Shown: positions 8,712-18,941, numbered from the stretch's first letter. The stretch: 64,000 bases of DNA from an uncultured Gemmatimonadales bacterium (GCA_963798085.1 CAWCRS010000007.1:1024001-1088000); one strand, 5' to 3'. A program made the numbers and translations. The notes: generated by a model from the sequence alone, not told the origin.

Positions 8712-9881
8712 ATGGCGCTGCAGGAGCGAGTGGAAAGCAAAGGGCCCTACCGGCTGCTCGCGCTCGATGGCGGCGGCATCCGCGGCATGATCGCGCTCGA
8801 AATGCTCGTGGAAATCGAGAACATCCTGCGGCAGCGACTGCAGCGCGGGCCCGATTTCGTGCTGGCCGACTATTTTGATTACGTGGCCGGGACCAGCACG
8901 GGGGCCATCATTGCCGCGTGCGTGGCGCTGGGCATGTCGGCGGACGCCATTCTGCGCTTCTATCAGGACAACGGCGCAACCATGTTCGACAAGGCCAGCC
9001 TGCTGCAGCGCTTCCGCTACAAGTACGAAGACGACAAGCTGGCGAAGATGCTGCGTGACGTGTTCGGCACCGAGCCGGACGGCCGCGGCGGCAACCAGCC
9101 CATTACGCTGGGGAGCGCGAAGCTGCGCACGCTGCTCCTCATGGTCATGCGCAACGCCACCACGGATTCACCCTGGCCGCTCTCCAACAATCCATCAGCA
9201 AAATACAACCAGCGCAGCCGGCCCGACTGCAACCTGAACCTCCCGCTATGGCAGCTGGTGCGCGCCAGCACGGCAGCGCCCACATACTTCCCGCCCGAAG
9301 TGGTGCGCATGGGCGAGCGCGAGTTCATTTTCGTCGACGGCGGACTGACTACCTACAATAACCCGGCGTTCATCCTTTTCCTGATGTCGACACTGGCGCC
9401 CTATCAGCTGGGCTGGAGCGCGGGTGAGAAGAACATGCTGCTGGTGTCCATTGGAACCGGCACGAATCCCGGTGCCAACCTGAACCTGCAGCCCAATGAC
9501 ATGAACCTGCTGTTCAACGCGGCTTCCGTACCGTCAGCACTGATGTTCGCAGCGCTCAACGAGCAGGACACACTGTGCCGCGTGTTCGGACGCTGCCGCG
9601 CGGGACAGGAGCTGGACCGCGAGATCGGGGATCTGCTGGCCGGTGGCGGGCCGCTGGCCGCACTCGCAGCGCCGGGTGCCGCCGAGACGCGGCTGTTCAC
9701 CTACATGCGCTACAACTGCGAGCTGTCTCGAGCCGGCCTGGACGCCATCGGTCTGACGAAAGTCAACCCGGCCGACGTGCAGGCGCTCGATTCCATCAAG
9801 CACATGGATCAGCTGCGCCAGACGGGCCGCGCCGCGGCGACCACTTTCATCCACCCCGACCATTTCGACGGCTTCGTCTGA
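8712..9881 (+). CDS. Patatin-like phospholipase
   Basis: LALDGGGIRG, GTSTG, STAAPTYFPP, DGG motifs; AGGAGG RBS. Confidence 0.9.
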   Translation: MALQERVESKGPYRLLALDGGGIRGMIALEMLVEIENILRQRLQRGPDFVLADYFDYVAGTSTGAIIAACVALGMSADAILRFYQDNGATMFDKASLLQRFRYKYEDDKLAKMLRDVFGTEPDGRGGNQPITLGSAKLRTLLLMVMRNATTDSPWPLSNNPSAKYNQRSRPDCNLNLPLWQLVRASTAAPTYFPPEVVRMGEREFIFVDGGLTTYNNPAFILFLMSTLAPYQLGWSAGEKNMLLVSIGTGTNPGANLNLQPNDMNLLFNAASVPSALMFAALNEQDTLCRVFGRCRAGQELDREIGDLLAGGGPLAALAAPGAAETRLFTYMRYNCELSRAGLDAIGLTKVNPADVQALDSIKHMDQLRQTGRAAATTFIHPDHFDGFV

Positions 9882-9883
9882 GC

Positions 9884-10501
9884 TTGAGCAGCGAACCCTG
9901 GACGTTCTTCGGGCGCTTCCTGCGCAGCCCGCTCTCCGTGGGCGCGGTCGCACCCAGCTCGCGCTTCCTCGCCGGGAAGATGGTGGAGGCGATCACGTGG
10001 AAGCCGGACGTACGCATCGTCGAATTCGGACCCGGCACCGGGCCCTTCACACGCGAGATCCTGCGTCACCTGCCGCCCACGGGACGCTATCTCGGCATTG
10101 AGCGCGATCCCGTGTTCTGCGACATGCTGCACGCGCGCTTCCCGCGCATCGATATCGTCTGCGACTCCGTGGTGCAGCTGGATGAGCTGGCCGGCGCGCG
10201 TGCCATGCTGCCCGTCGATCACATTGTTTCAGGCCTGCCCTTCGCCAGTTTGCCGCCCGAACTGACGAAGCGCATCCTTGATGCGCTCTGCGCGGCGCTG
10301 CGACCCGGTGGAACGTTCACCACCTTTCAGTACCTCCATGCGTATCCGCTGCCGGTGGCGCGTGCATTCCGTCGCGAGATCGAGCGACGGATGGGACGGC
10401 TGAGTCACCGCGCCGTCGAGCTGCGCAATCTGCCGCCCGCGTTCGCTCTGACCTGGACGAAAGCCGCGGTGCCGGCCACTTCACACCCTCCACAGGCGTG
10501 A
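9884..10501 (+). CDS. Class I SAM-dependent methyltransferase (phospholipid N-methyltransferase-like)
   Basis: P..VGAVAPSS..LA, VEFGPGTG, IVSGLPF, GGTFTTFQY, NLPPA; TTG start inferred. Confidence 0.8.
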   Translation: MSSEPWTFFGRFLRSPLSVGAVAPSSRFLAGKMVEAITWKPDVRIVEFGPGTGPFTREILRHLPPTGRYLGIERDPVFCDMLHARFPRIDIVCDSVVQLDELAGARAMLPVDHIVSGLPFASLPPELTKRILDALCAALRPGGTFTTFQYLHAYPLPVARAFRREIERRMGRLSHRAVELRNLPPAFALTWTKAAVPATSHPPQA

Positions 10502-12285
10502 GTGCGATGACATTCTGGATGGTGCCACTGGCACTGGCGACGATGCCGCAGGTGCGGGATACCGCGTACTTCCAGCAGGGCGTCGAGTATCGTATCGAGG
10601 CACGGCTCGACGAGTCGACGAACGTCCTCAGCGGGCGCGCCCGGCTGCGCTACACGAACCACTCGCACCAGCGCATCGACACGCTCTGGTTCCACCTGCA
10701 CCTGAACGCGTTCCGCCCTAACAGCGCATGGGCAAGAAGGGATCTCGAGTTCGGCGAGCGCCGCTTCACCGATCTCGGTCCCGACGACTACGCGTACGAG
10801 CGCTGGAAGAGCGTGCAGGTGGATGGCAGGGCGGCGCCCGCGCTCTATCCGGGTGCGCCCGACTCGACCGTAGCGGCGGTGCCGCTGGCCGCACCGCTGG
10901 CGCCCGGCGCATCGCTCACCGTGCTCATCGACTGGGACGCGCGTCTCTCCACACACCCGCGGCGCCAGGGTCGACTCGGCCGGCATTACGACTTCGCGCA
11001 GTGGTATCCGAAGATCGCCGTGTTCGACCGCGGCGGCTGGGAGGTGCAGCCGCTCCTGCCGCAGGGCGAGTTCTACGGCGAGTTCGGATCCTTCGATGTC
11101 ACGCTCGACCTCGCGGCCGATCAGGTCATCGGCGCAACCGGCGTGCCCGTCGAAGGCGATCCGGGCTGGAATGCCGCACGCGCGCCCGGCAGCGCGGCGC
11201 CACTGCTGAAACGCGATGCCTACAGCGCGCGGCCCGCTGCGCCGCTGGGCCTGCTCACAGGCACGCCGCAGTCCGGACGCAAACGCGTGCGCTGGCGCGC
11301 GGAGAACGTGCACCAGTTCGCATGGACCACCGATCCGGCGTACATCCACGAAGGCGGCGCGTTCGGCAACACGGCCATACACGTGCTGTACCAGCCGGGC
11401 GACACATCCTGGGCCAGGGGCGCCGCCGTGCAGCGCACAGCCAGCGCGCTCGCCTGGCTCGACACGGTGTTCGGTCCCTACAGCTGGCCGCAGATCAGCA
11501 ACGTGCACCGCATCGAGGGCGGCGGCACGGAATTCAACATGATGGTGATGAACGGCGGCGCCAGTGAAGGCCTCATCATGCACGAGGTGGGTCACAACTA
11601 CGTGATGGGTCAGCTGGGCAACAACGAATGGAAGCAGGGCTGGCTGGATGAAGGCTTCACTTCCTTTGTAACCAACTGGTACATGGAGCGGCGAGGCGGT
11701 GATCCGCGCGCCATCTGGCGGGGCTCGCTGCGCAGCATCGACCAGCTGGACAGCGCCGGCGTCACGCAGCCCATTGCGCTGCCGTCGGCCGCGTTCCGCG
11801 ATTTCAACATGTACAACGCCATGACCTACACGAAGCCATCGCTCGTGTATCGCATGCTGCGCGACGTGATGGGTGAGGACGCGTTCCGCCAGGGTCTGCA
11901 CATCTACTATCAGAAGAACCGTCTGCGCCACGTGCGTGAGCAGGATTTCCGCGCGGCCATGGAACAGGCGTACGGCAAGGACCTCGGCTGGTTCTTCGAT
12001 GAGTGGATTCACACGACGGCAACACTCGATTATGCCGTAGGCGATGTATCCACGCGTCAGCTCGGCGGCGGCAACTGGGAAACCACCGTGCAGGTCACGC
12101 GTGCTGGCGATGCATGGATGCCCGTGAGCCTGCGCGTAGGCGATGTGACTCGCCGGCTGGAGGGCCACGACCGCTCCCAGACCGTCACCGTCACGACCAG
12201 CGCGAAACCGGAGGAGGTCGTGGTGGATCCGGATGAGATCCTGATCGACATCCGGCCGCGCAACAACAGTCGGAGCGTGAATTGA
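10498..12285 (+). CDS. M1-family metallo-aminopeptidase
   Basis: QWYPKIAVFD, HEVGHNY...WLDEGF, YTKP..V..ML motifs. Confidence 0.88.
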   Translation: MSAMTFWMVPLALATMPQVRDTAYFQQGVEYRIEARLDESTNVLSGRARLRYTNHSHQRIDTLWFHLHLNAFRPNSAWARRDLEFGERRFTDLGPDDYAYERWKSVQVDGRAAPALYPGAPDSTVAAVPLAAPLAPGASLTVLIDWDARLSTHPRRQGRLGRHYDFAQWYPKIAVFDRGGWEVQPLLPQGEFYGEFGSFDVTLDLAADQVIGATGVPVEGDPGWNAARAPGSAAPLLKRDAYSARPAAPLGLLTGTPQSGRKRVRWRAENVHQFAWTTDPAYIHEGGAFGNTAIHVLYQPGDTSWARGAAVQRTASALAWLDTVFGPYSWPQISNVHRIEGGGTEFNMMVMNGGASEGLIMHEVGHNYVMGQLGNNEWKQGWLDEGFTSFVTNWYMERRGGDPRAIWRGSLRSIDQLDSAGVTQPIALPSAAFRDFNMYNAMTYTKPSLVYRMLRDVMGEDAFRQGLHIYYQKNRLRHVREQDFRAAMEQAYGKDLGWFFDEWIHTTATLDYAVGDVSTRQLGGGNWETTVQVTRAGDAWMPVSLRVGDVTRRLEGHDRSQTVTVTTSAKPEEVVVDPDEILIDIRPRNNSRSVN

Positions 12286-13511
12286 GTACGCGTGACGCAA
12301 CCGCAGCGGACCTGGCAGCGTCGGCTGATCGTGCGGGTGGCAGCCACGCGCGCCGCGCGCTCACCTGCCAGAAGCACGAATTCTCGCTGCCGCAGGGGCT
12401 GCACTACCTGAATGGCGCGTACATGTCGCCCCTGCCTCGGCGCGTCGAGGAGGCTGGCATCACCGGCATGCGCCGCAAACGTGCGCCGCACGCCATCTCG
12501 CCACGCGATTTCTTCGACGATGCGGAGCGCGCACGCCGGCTGTTCGCACAACTGATCGGCGCCCCGGACGCGCAGCGCGTGGCGCTGATTGCGGGCGTCT
12601 CCTACGGTGTGGCGCTGGTAGCGCGCAACACGCAGTGCGCGCGGGGCCAGAACATCGTGGTGTCCGCCGAACAGTTTCCCAGCAACGTGCACGCATGGCG
12701 GCGCGTGGCCCAGCGCTCAGGCGGTGAGCTGCGCACCATCGCGCCACCCGCGGCCGAACGCCGCGCCGAGGCATGGAACGAAGCACTGCTCGCGGCGATC
12801 GATCGCGACACCGCGCTCGTCGCGCTGCCACAGGTGCACTGGACCGACGGCACGCGCTTCGACCTGGAACGCATCGGGGTGCGTGCCCGCGAGCAGGGCG
12901 CCGCGCTGGTCCTCAATGCGACGCAGTCTGCGGGCGCTTTCCCCTTCGAGCTGGAGCGCATCCAGCCTGACGCCGTGATCTGTGCAGCCTACAAATGGCT
13001 GCTCGGACCCTACGGCATTGGAGTCGCCTGGCTGGGACCACGCTACGACAACGGCGAGCCGCTCGAAGAGACCTGGATCGGCCGCGCCGGCAGCGATGAC
13101 TTCCGCGGCCTCGTGAACTACCGCGACGAATACCAGCCCGGCGCGGCGCGCTTCGATGTGGGCGAACGCAGCAACTTCACGCTCCTGCCCATGCTGGTCT
13201 CCGGCCTCGAGCTGGTGAACAGCTGGCGCCCCGAGCGCGTGCAGGACTACTGCCGGGAACTCGTGCAGCCCGTGATCGAAGAAGCGCAGTCCCTGGGCTT
13301 TGCCGTGGAAGCCGAAGGCTGGCGCGCCAGCCACATCTTCGGCCTGCGCACGCCCCCCGGTCTCGACCTCGCCGCGCTCCAGCAGCTGCTCCAGCAACGC
13401 GCCATCAGCGTCTCCCTGCGCGGCAGCGCCCTGCGGGTCTCGCCCAATGCCTACAACGACGAGGCGGACGGAGTGGCGCTGGTCGAGGCATTGCGGGAGA
13501 GCCGTGCGTAG
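12282..13511 (+). CDS. Aminotransferase class V (PLP-dependent; cysteine desulfurase/kynureninase-like fold)
   Basis: YLNGAYMSP, EQFPSNV, (D>N)ATQSAG, YKWLLGPYG, LRVSP..YN. Confidence 0.85.
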   Translation: MSTRDATAADLAASADRAGGSHARRALTCQKHEFSLPQGLHYLNGAYMSPLPRRVEEAGITGMRRKRAPHAISPRDFFDDAERARRLFAQLIGAPDAQRVALIAGVSYGVALVARNTQCARGQNIVVSAEQFPSNVHAWRRVAQRSGGELRTIAPPAAERRAEAWNEALLAAIDRDTALVALPQVHWTDGTRFDLERIGVRAREQGAALVLNATQSAGAFPFELERIQPDAVICAAYKWLLGPYGIGVAWLGPRYDNGEPLEETWIGRAGSDDFRGLVNYRDEYQPGAARFDVGERSNFTLLPMLVSGLELVNSWRPERVQDYCRELVQPVIEEAQSLGFAVEAEGWRASHIFGLRTPPGLDLAALQQLLQQRAISVSLRGSALRVSPNAYNDEADGVALVEALRESRA

Positions 13512-13517
13512 AGACGA

Positions 13518-13550
13518 ACTGCGTTACCGGGGCTGGTTGCCCGGGAACGC
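13518..13550. repeat. REP-like palindromic repeat copy / hairpin between convergent genes
   Basis: GCGTTACCGGG-GCTGGTTG-CCCGGGAACGC hairpin; 23/24 identity to reverse complement of 32738-32761. Confidence 0.6.
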
Positions 13551-13569
13551 CGTTTCCGTTCAACGGAGT

Positions 13570-14433
13570 TCATTCCTTACCCCGCCGCATCGCCTGGAAC
13601 TGCCGCTTGAGTTCCTGGCGCGGTAGCCGTATCAGCTGATTGAATTCGCCACCGGATGCGAGCCAGCGGGCGCCGTCAATCGTGACGCAGTCGCCGGTGA
13701 TGTAGGACGCGGCGTCGCTTACGAGGAAGGCGGCGAGTTCCGCAAGCTCATGGGCTTTGCCGAAGCGTCCGGCGGGGACGCGCTCGAGGGCGGCACGCTC
13801 CAGTTCGGGGGTCGCCATGAGGCGTGACCAGGCGCCTTCCGTCGGGAAGGGGCCGGGTGCGATGGCATTCACGCGGATGCCGTACTGTGCCCATTCGACC
13901 GCGAGCGAGCGCGTCAGTGCGAGCACGCCCGCCTTGGCGGCGGCGGACGGCACGACGAACGCCGATCCCGTCCATGCGTAGGCGGCGACAATGTTGAGCA
14001 TGCTGCCACCGCGGCCGCTGGCGATCATGCGCCGGCCTACGGCTTCGGTCACGTGGAACGTGCCGTAGAGCACGGTCTGCACCACCGCATGGAATGCGTT
14101 GGCAGAAAGATCTTCCGTCGCCGCGAGGAAGTTGCCGGCGGCATTGTTGACGAGGATATCGACTTCGCCGAAACGCGCGGTCGCTGCCTCGACGGCGGCG
14201 CCGACGGCAACAGGATCACGCACGTCAGCCGCGAGGAAGCCGGTCTGCGCCTCGCGCGCGAGCTGTTCCGCCGCGGCCTCGAGCCGGTCCGCGCTCCGGC
14301 CCACGAGAAAGACGTTCGCGCCCAGGTCGAGGAAACGGTTCGCCATCGCCAATCCGAGGCCCGAACCGCCGCCCGTGACCAGGGCGTTGTGGCCAGAAAG
14401 TGCATCGTCGCGAAAAACGCCGTGTTGGCTCAT
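13570..14433 (-). CDS. SDR oxidoreductase (2,4-dienoyl-CoA reductase-like)
   Basis: VTGGGSGLG, LVNNAAGNF, SAAAKAGV (no catalytic Tyr), NAIAPGPFPTEGA. Confidence 0.85.
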   Translation of the reverse strand: MSQHGVFRDDALSGHNALVTGGGSGLGLAMANRFLDLGANVFLVGRSADRLEAAAEQLAREAQTGFLAADVRDPVAVGAAVEAATARFGEVDILVNNAAGNFLAATEDLSANAFHAVVQTVLYGTFHVTEAVGRRMIASGRGGSMLNIVAAYAWTGSAFVVPSAAAKAGVLALTRSLAVEWAQYGIRVNAIAPGPFPTEGAWSRLMATPELERAALERVPAGRFGKAHELAELAAFLVSDAASYITGDCVTIDGARWLASGGEFNQLIRLPRQELKRQFQAMRRGKE

Positions 14434-14606
14434 CGGTCTCTCGGCTCGGTGGCGTACCGGGATCGCGCGCGGGAGGGACCGCGCCGCGTGCATGATCGGC
14501 TGCCAGCGCCACGCGCGACAGGGTCGAAACCGTGGCGCGGACCGCCGCGTACGGCCTGCAGGTCAGATCGCCGGATCGTTACAGCCAAGCGCTGGAGAGC
14601 CTCAAA

Positions 14607-14936
14607 ATGGAAGCCCTGATTCCCATCACCATGTTCATGTGCATCGCAGCCGTCGCGATCCTGCGGCCCATCTCCAAACGTGTCGGTGGTCTGCTCGAGG
14701 TGATCACACGCGAGCGCAGCACCGGCCAGCACGATGAGACCGAACTCGCGCGCATCCGTGTCCTGATGGAACACGTCGTCAAGCGCATGGACCTTGTCGA
14801 GGAGCGCCTGGACTTCACCGAACGGCTCGTGGGCGGTGGACGCCGCAACTCACTCCGGGACGAATCGCTCCGCTCCGGCACTCACGGTCTCGAAGACGGA
14901 CTCCGGCTGCGTGACAGCGAGATGCTGCGTCCCTAG
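14607..14936 (+). CDS. Small single-TM coiled-coil protein
   Basis: N-terminal TM, C-terminal coiled coil with EERLDFTERL; GGAG RBS. Confidence 0.65.
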   Translation: MEALIPITMFMCIAAVAILRPISKRVGGLLEVITRERSTGQHDETELARIRVLMEHVVKRMDLVEERLDFTERLVGGGRRNSLRDESLRSGTHGLEDGLRLRDSEMLRP

Positions 14937-15333
14937 AGGAAGCCCCCGCAGGAGCACAGCACACGGGCCTGCGCAAACCACGGCGTGCCAGCGCTACGAG
15001 CGCTGCAGGCCGACCGCACTTTCGTCCCGCAGCCAGGGGCTGAAAGCCCGCTGACGTCGGAACCCGCCCTGGCGGTGCGTGTACCTCGCACGCAGACACA
15101 AAACAAGCAAGGCCGAACCCCGACGCCGTCCGGCTCAAATGCAGGACTGCACAGGTCCGGCACACGGGTTGCCGTATGCCCGGGGCCAGTGGTACCATAG
15201 CAGGTCTGTCGCGGCGACGATCGGTGGGCTCACGCCATCAGGGGCCGCTCACTACCAATGGACCGGATTGGCGCGACGTGCGTCCCTGCCGCACGACGCT
15301 TGGCTTTCCCTTCGGGAAGTGGAGACCCAGGAC

Positions 15334-17095
15334 ATGGATCGGATGCAAAGAACCAGGCGCAGTTCGCGCGTGCTCTCCCCGGCACTCGCGTGCCTCATTG
15401 CGCTCGCCGCAGCGATCCCGGCGTCCGCCCAGACCGCGGACCGGTTCGCAGTACTCGTTCCCGCGTTCAAGCCGAAGGGCGAAGCCAAGGGGGGATTCGG
15501 CAAGGACGTGGCGAAGGAGCTGAACAAGCTCCTCGATCAGCTGGGCTCGCACAAGTCCGTCGACGCAAAGGTTCTCGGCGACGGCCTGCGCCAGTACGGC
15601 GTGAAGGAAGACCAGCTCGGTGACCAGGACTGCCTCATCGCGCGCCAGCTCGCATTGCGCATCGATGTGAAGCTCGTCATCTGCGGCCATTACGAGCAGA
15701 CGGCGAACGACTACAAGGTCTACACGCGCGTCATTTCGCCAGGCACTTCCGAACAGTTCGACGTCGATCCCTTCGATGCCGCGGACGCGAAAGTGGCGGC
15801 GCAGAAGATCATCGCCTCCTTCCAGCAGGTGATGGAAGGCCTCAAGGTCGCGGTATTCTGCAACGACTACGTCGCCAGCCAGAACTGGACGAGCGCCATC
15901 GAAGCGTGCCGCAATTCGCTCAAGCTCACGCCGACCAACAAGACCGCCATGCTCGGTCTGGCGACTTCGCTGTGGAAGACCAATGACCAGCCGGGCGCGA
16001 TCGAAGCGTTCAAGAAAGTCATCGACCTCGATCCCGCCGACCAGCAGGCGCTGCTCGGACTCGCGGTGCTGCAGAGCCAGGCAGGGCGCACCGACGAGGC
16101 CATGAAGTACTTCAATGATTACCTCACGCTGAACCCGGGCAACCTCCAGGTTCGCATGCAGATCGCCACGCAGGCCGCACAGGAAGGCGGCAACGAGGCG
16201 GCGCTGCGCGTGATCGAAGACGGCATGTCCAGCACGACGGGCGAAGACCTGGTGAAGCTGCAGGAGTACGCGGGCACGTTCGCCATGAACGCGGCGTCCC
16301 AGAAGATGGTAGGCGCCGCGCTCAGTGACACGGCCCAGGCACTGCTGCGCAAGGGACTGGGCTACCTGGAGAAGGTGTACCAGGTGCGCGGCGACAGCCT
16401 CAGCGTGGGATCGGCCCGCAACATGCTGTTAGCCTATTTCCGCCTCGACCGGAACGATGAGGCCGTCACATTCGGGGGCAAGGCCACACAGCTGTTCCCG
16501 GACGAAACGTCGATCTGGGCAACCTACGCGGAAGCGCTGTCCAAGGCCGGGCGCGGCGACGATGCCATTGCCGCGTATCGCAAGGTGCTGCAGCTGGACC
16601 CCACGTACAAACCGGCCTATCAGCGACTGGTGCTGTGGCTGATCGATGCGGACAGCGTGAAGCCCGGCTCGCTGAAGGAAGGCGTGGAGGTGCTCAAGGA
16701 TGGGCTCGCCAAGGGCGCGATCGACGCCAGTTACGCCGACATCATGGCCAAGAAGATCGCAGCCGCCGGAACCAAGAAATCCGCATTCGAGCCCGGCAGC
16801 CGCCAACGAGCTGTTCGATACGGCGGAACCGTTCGCGAGTGCTCCCGACACCAAGGCCATGCTCGCGTTCTTCCGTGGTACCACACTCTGGCCGTCGGTT
16901 GTGGAAAGGGAAAAGCCCGCAACCAAGGAGAGTGCCACCACCACGTTGCCGTTGTTCCAGCGCATCGCGGATTGGATGCGGCAGGCCGGACCCTATACCC
17001 AGAGTGACGCGCGACTCGAATCGCTGCGCGCACAATTGCTGGACGGCTGCGCGAAGTTCATCGTACGCGAACAGGCCATCCTGAAGAGCCGCTGA
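15334..17095 (+). CDS. Exported tetratricopeptide repeat protein, split by a single-base insertion near 16786-16787
   Basis: Signal peptide and several TPRs in ORF to 17007; natural-looking C-terminus continues in frame ending 17095, followed by a terminator. Confidence 0.75.
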
Positions 17096-17121
17096 CGCGG
17101 CGTCAGCCTGACTGAAGCACG

Positions 17122-17152
17122 AGGGGTCGGGAGTTCGCTCCCGGCCCCTTTT
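17122..17152 (+). terminator. Rho-independent terminator
   Basis: AGGGGTCGGGAG-TTCG-CTCCCGGCCCCT stem-loop followed by T run. Confidence 0.8.
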
Positions 17153-17467
17153 CGTTCCCGCCCTGCCGGACCGGGCACTCCCCCGCCCCGGATCGCTTCT
17201 TCTAACAACAGTGTTAGGGCCGCCGGCGCGGCGCGCGGCGCGCACTGCAGCGGCATCCTGCCCGAGGCGCAGCCATGACGCAACGGACCCAGGCCCGACG
17301 CCAGAGGCGCCGGCGTCCGCTCCGGTTCGGACCCGGGAGCCTCGAGGGACGTCTCTCGGCGGCCTCGAAGGGCCCTTGCCACCATTCGTGGTAGGCCCGG
17401 TGGGGCGTGGCCCCATGCGTTGTGGGCAGTGCTCGCGGGGGCGGTGGGGCCGAGTGGGATAACGCTA

Positions 17468-17496
17468 TTGACTGCCCGTGGGTGGAAGGGTAGCTT
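17468..17496 (+). promoter_or_regulatory. Sigma70-type promoter of the dcw operon
   Basis: TTGACT (17468-17473), 17 bp spacer, TAGCTT (17491-17496). Confidence 0.65.
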
Positions 17497-17497
17497 G

Positions 17498-17531
17498 GTG
17501 GCGCTTAGTGGGGAATAGTGGGAAAGGGTGG
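17498..17531 (+). promoter_or_regulatory. MraZ binding repeats
   Basis: GTGG at 17498, 17508, 17518, 17528 (exact 10-bp period) upstream of mraZ. Confidence 0.8.
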
Positions 17532-17559
17532 TAGATAGGGGAGCGGCTGAGGGAGGCGA

Positions 17560-18018
17560 ATGCAGGGCGCTACCGGCCCGTCGCGCGGCGTCAAGTTCCT
17601 GGGCAGTTACCAGCATCAACTGGACGAGAAGGGGCGGATCAGCCTGCCCGCGCAATTCCGGCGTGAGGCGGCGGATCAGCGTTTTGTGCTCGTGCAGCCG
17701 TACCCGCCCGCCCTGGCGTTGTACCCGGAAGTCGAATGGGGTCAGGTGGAGTTGCGCCTCAACGAGATGATGGCCAAGGGTCCGGCGGAGCGATTGTACG
17801 TGCTGTCGGTGTTGTCGAACGCGGTGGAAGTGACGCCCGATGGCCAGGGTCGGATCCTGATTCCCGCCAAGCTGAAGGAGGCAGCCGGACTGAATGGCGG
17901 AGTGCTGCTCGTGGGCGCGATCAACAAAGTCGAGCTGTGGGCGCCGGAGCAGTTCCAGGCAGCCATGACGAGCCAGGCCGGGAAGTTCGATCAGTTCACA
18001 TCGCTGTTGTTCCGTTGA
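17560..18018 (+). CDS. mraZ: Division/cell wall cluster transcriptional regulator MraZ
   Basis: LDEKGRISLPA and DGQGRILIP motifs; first gene of dcw. Confidence 0.95.
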   Translation: MQGATGPSRGVKFLGSYQHQLDEKGRISLPAQFRREAADQRFVLVQPYPPALALYPEVEWGQVELRLNEMMAKGPAERLYVLSVLSNAVEVTPDGQGRILIPAKLKEAAGLNGGVLLVGAINKVELWAPEQFQAAMTSQAGKFDQFTSLLFR

Positions 18019-18941
18019 GTGAGCCGGAATGGTCGTACCATGCGCCGGTGATGGTGGAGGAAGTGCTGGCGCATCTGCGACCGGAGCGGGGCGGGCTCTA
18101 CTTCGATGGCACGGTGGGGGGAGGCGGACACGCAGCGGCTATTCTGAGTCGAGGTGAGGAAGCGCGGGTGATCGGCGTGGACCGGGACGTTGAGGCACTC
18201 GAAGTGGCGGGACGCAACCTGGCGCCCTACGGTGCGCGGGTCGAGCTGGTGCGCGCGGACTTTGCGACGGCAGCGGCCGCGCTGCACGAGCCTCTGGCCG
18301 GTGCACTCCTGGATCTCGGCGTCTCCTCCCGGCAGATCGACGAAACGCGGCGAGGCTTCTCCTTCCGCCGCGGTGCTCCCCTGGACATGCGCATGTCAGC
18401 GACAGGACCGACGGCGGCCGACCTGCTGAACGAATCGAGCGAGCAGGAGCTGGCCGACGTGTTCTACCGCTACGGCGAGGAACGCCGGTCGCGGCGGCTG
18501 GCGGCGGAGGTAGTGCGGCGGCGTCGCGTGGAGCCGTTCGTGAGTGCGGACGACCTGGTTGCCGCCATGCACCGAGCGCTGGGCCCGCGTCTGACGGAGC
18601 GTGACAAGGCCAGGATCTTTCAGGCGCTGCGCATCGCCGTGAACGAGGAGCTCGAGCAGCTGGACCGGGCACTGCCCGTGCTGCGCGCTGCGCTGGCCGC
18701 TGACGGCGTGTTAGCCGTGATCGCGTATCACTCGCTGGAGGATCGTCGCGTCAAGGAGAGCTTCCGCGACTGGAGTCGCGCTTGTGTGTGCCCGCCCGAG
18801 CTGCCCGTTTGTGTCTGCGGCGGCAAGGCGAGCGGCGAGACTCTCACGCGCAGGGCAGTGCGGCCTGCGGCGTCGGAAGTAGCGGCGAATCCGCGGGCGC
18901 GCAGCGCGAAGCTGCGTGCCTGGCGCAGGGTGGCCGCATGA
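18015..18941 (+). CDS. rsmH: 16S rRNA m4C1402 methyltransferase RsmH
   Basis: HAPVM, DGTVGGGGH, LDLGVSS.Q, PLDMRM, FQALRIAVNEEL, HSLEDR, NPRARSAKLR. Confidence 0.95.
   Translation: MSEPEWSYHAPVMVEEVLAHLRPERGGLYFDGTVGGGGHAAAILSRGEEARVIGVDRDVEALEVAGRNLAPYGARVELVRADFATAAAALHEPLAGALLDLGVSSRQIDETRRGFSFRRGAPLDMRMSATGPTAADLLNESSEQELADVFYRYGEERRSRRLAAEVVRRRRVEPFVSADDLVAAMHRALGPRLTERDKARIFQALRIAVNEELEQLDRALPVLRAALAADGVLAVIAYHSLEDRRVKESFRDWSRACVCPPELPVCVCGGKASGETLTRRAVRPAASEVAANPRARSAKLRAWRRVAA

Noticed and set aside
8712..9881. Patatin as a CBASS (CapV-like) anti-phage effector
   Set aside because: No CD-NTase or other defence gene adjacent; neighbours are metabolic.
4389..14936. Genomic island integrated at tRNA-Val
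   Set aside because: No integrase, no duplicated tRNA 3' end seen, and no obvious compositional shift.
15031..15053. GGGCT-GAA-AGCCC hairpin as a REP element or ncRNA in the 400-bp spacer
   Set aside because: Single short copy in the window and no recognisable RNA family.
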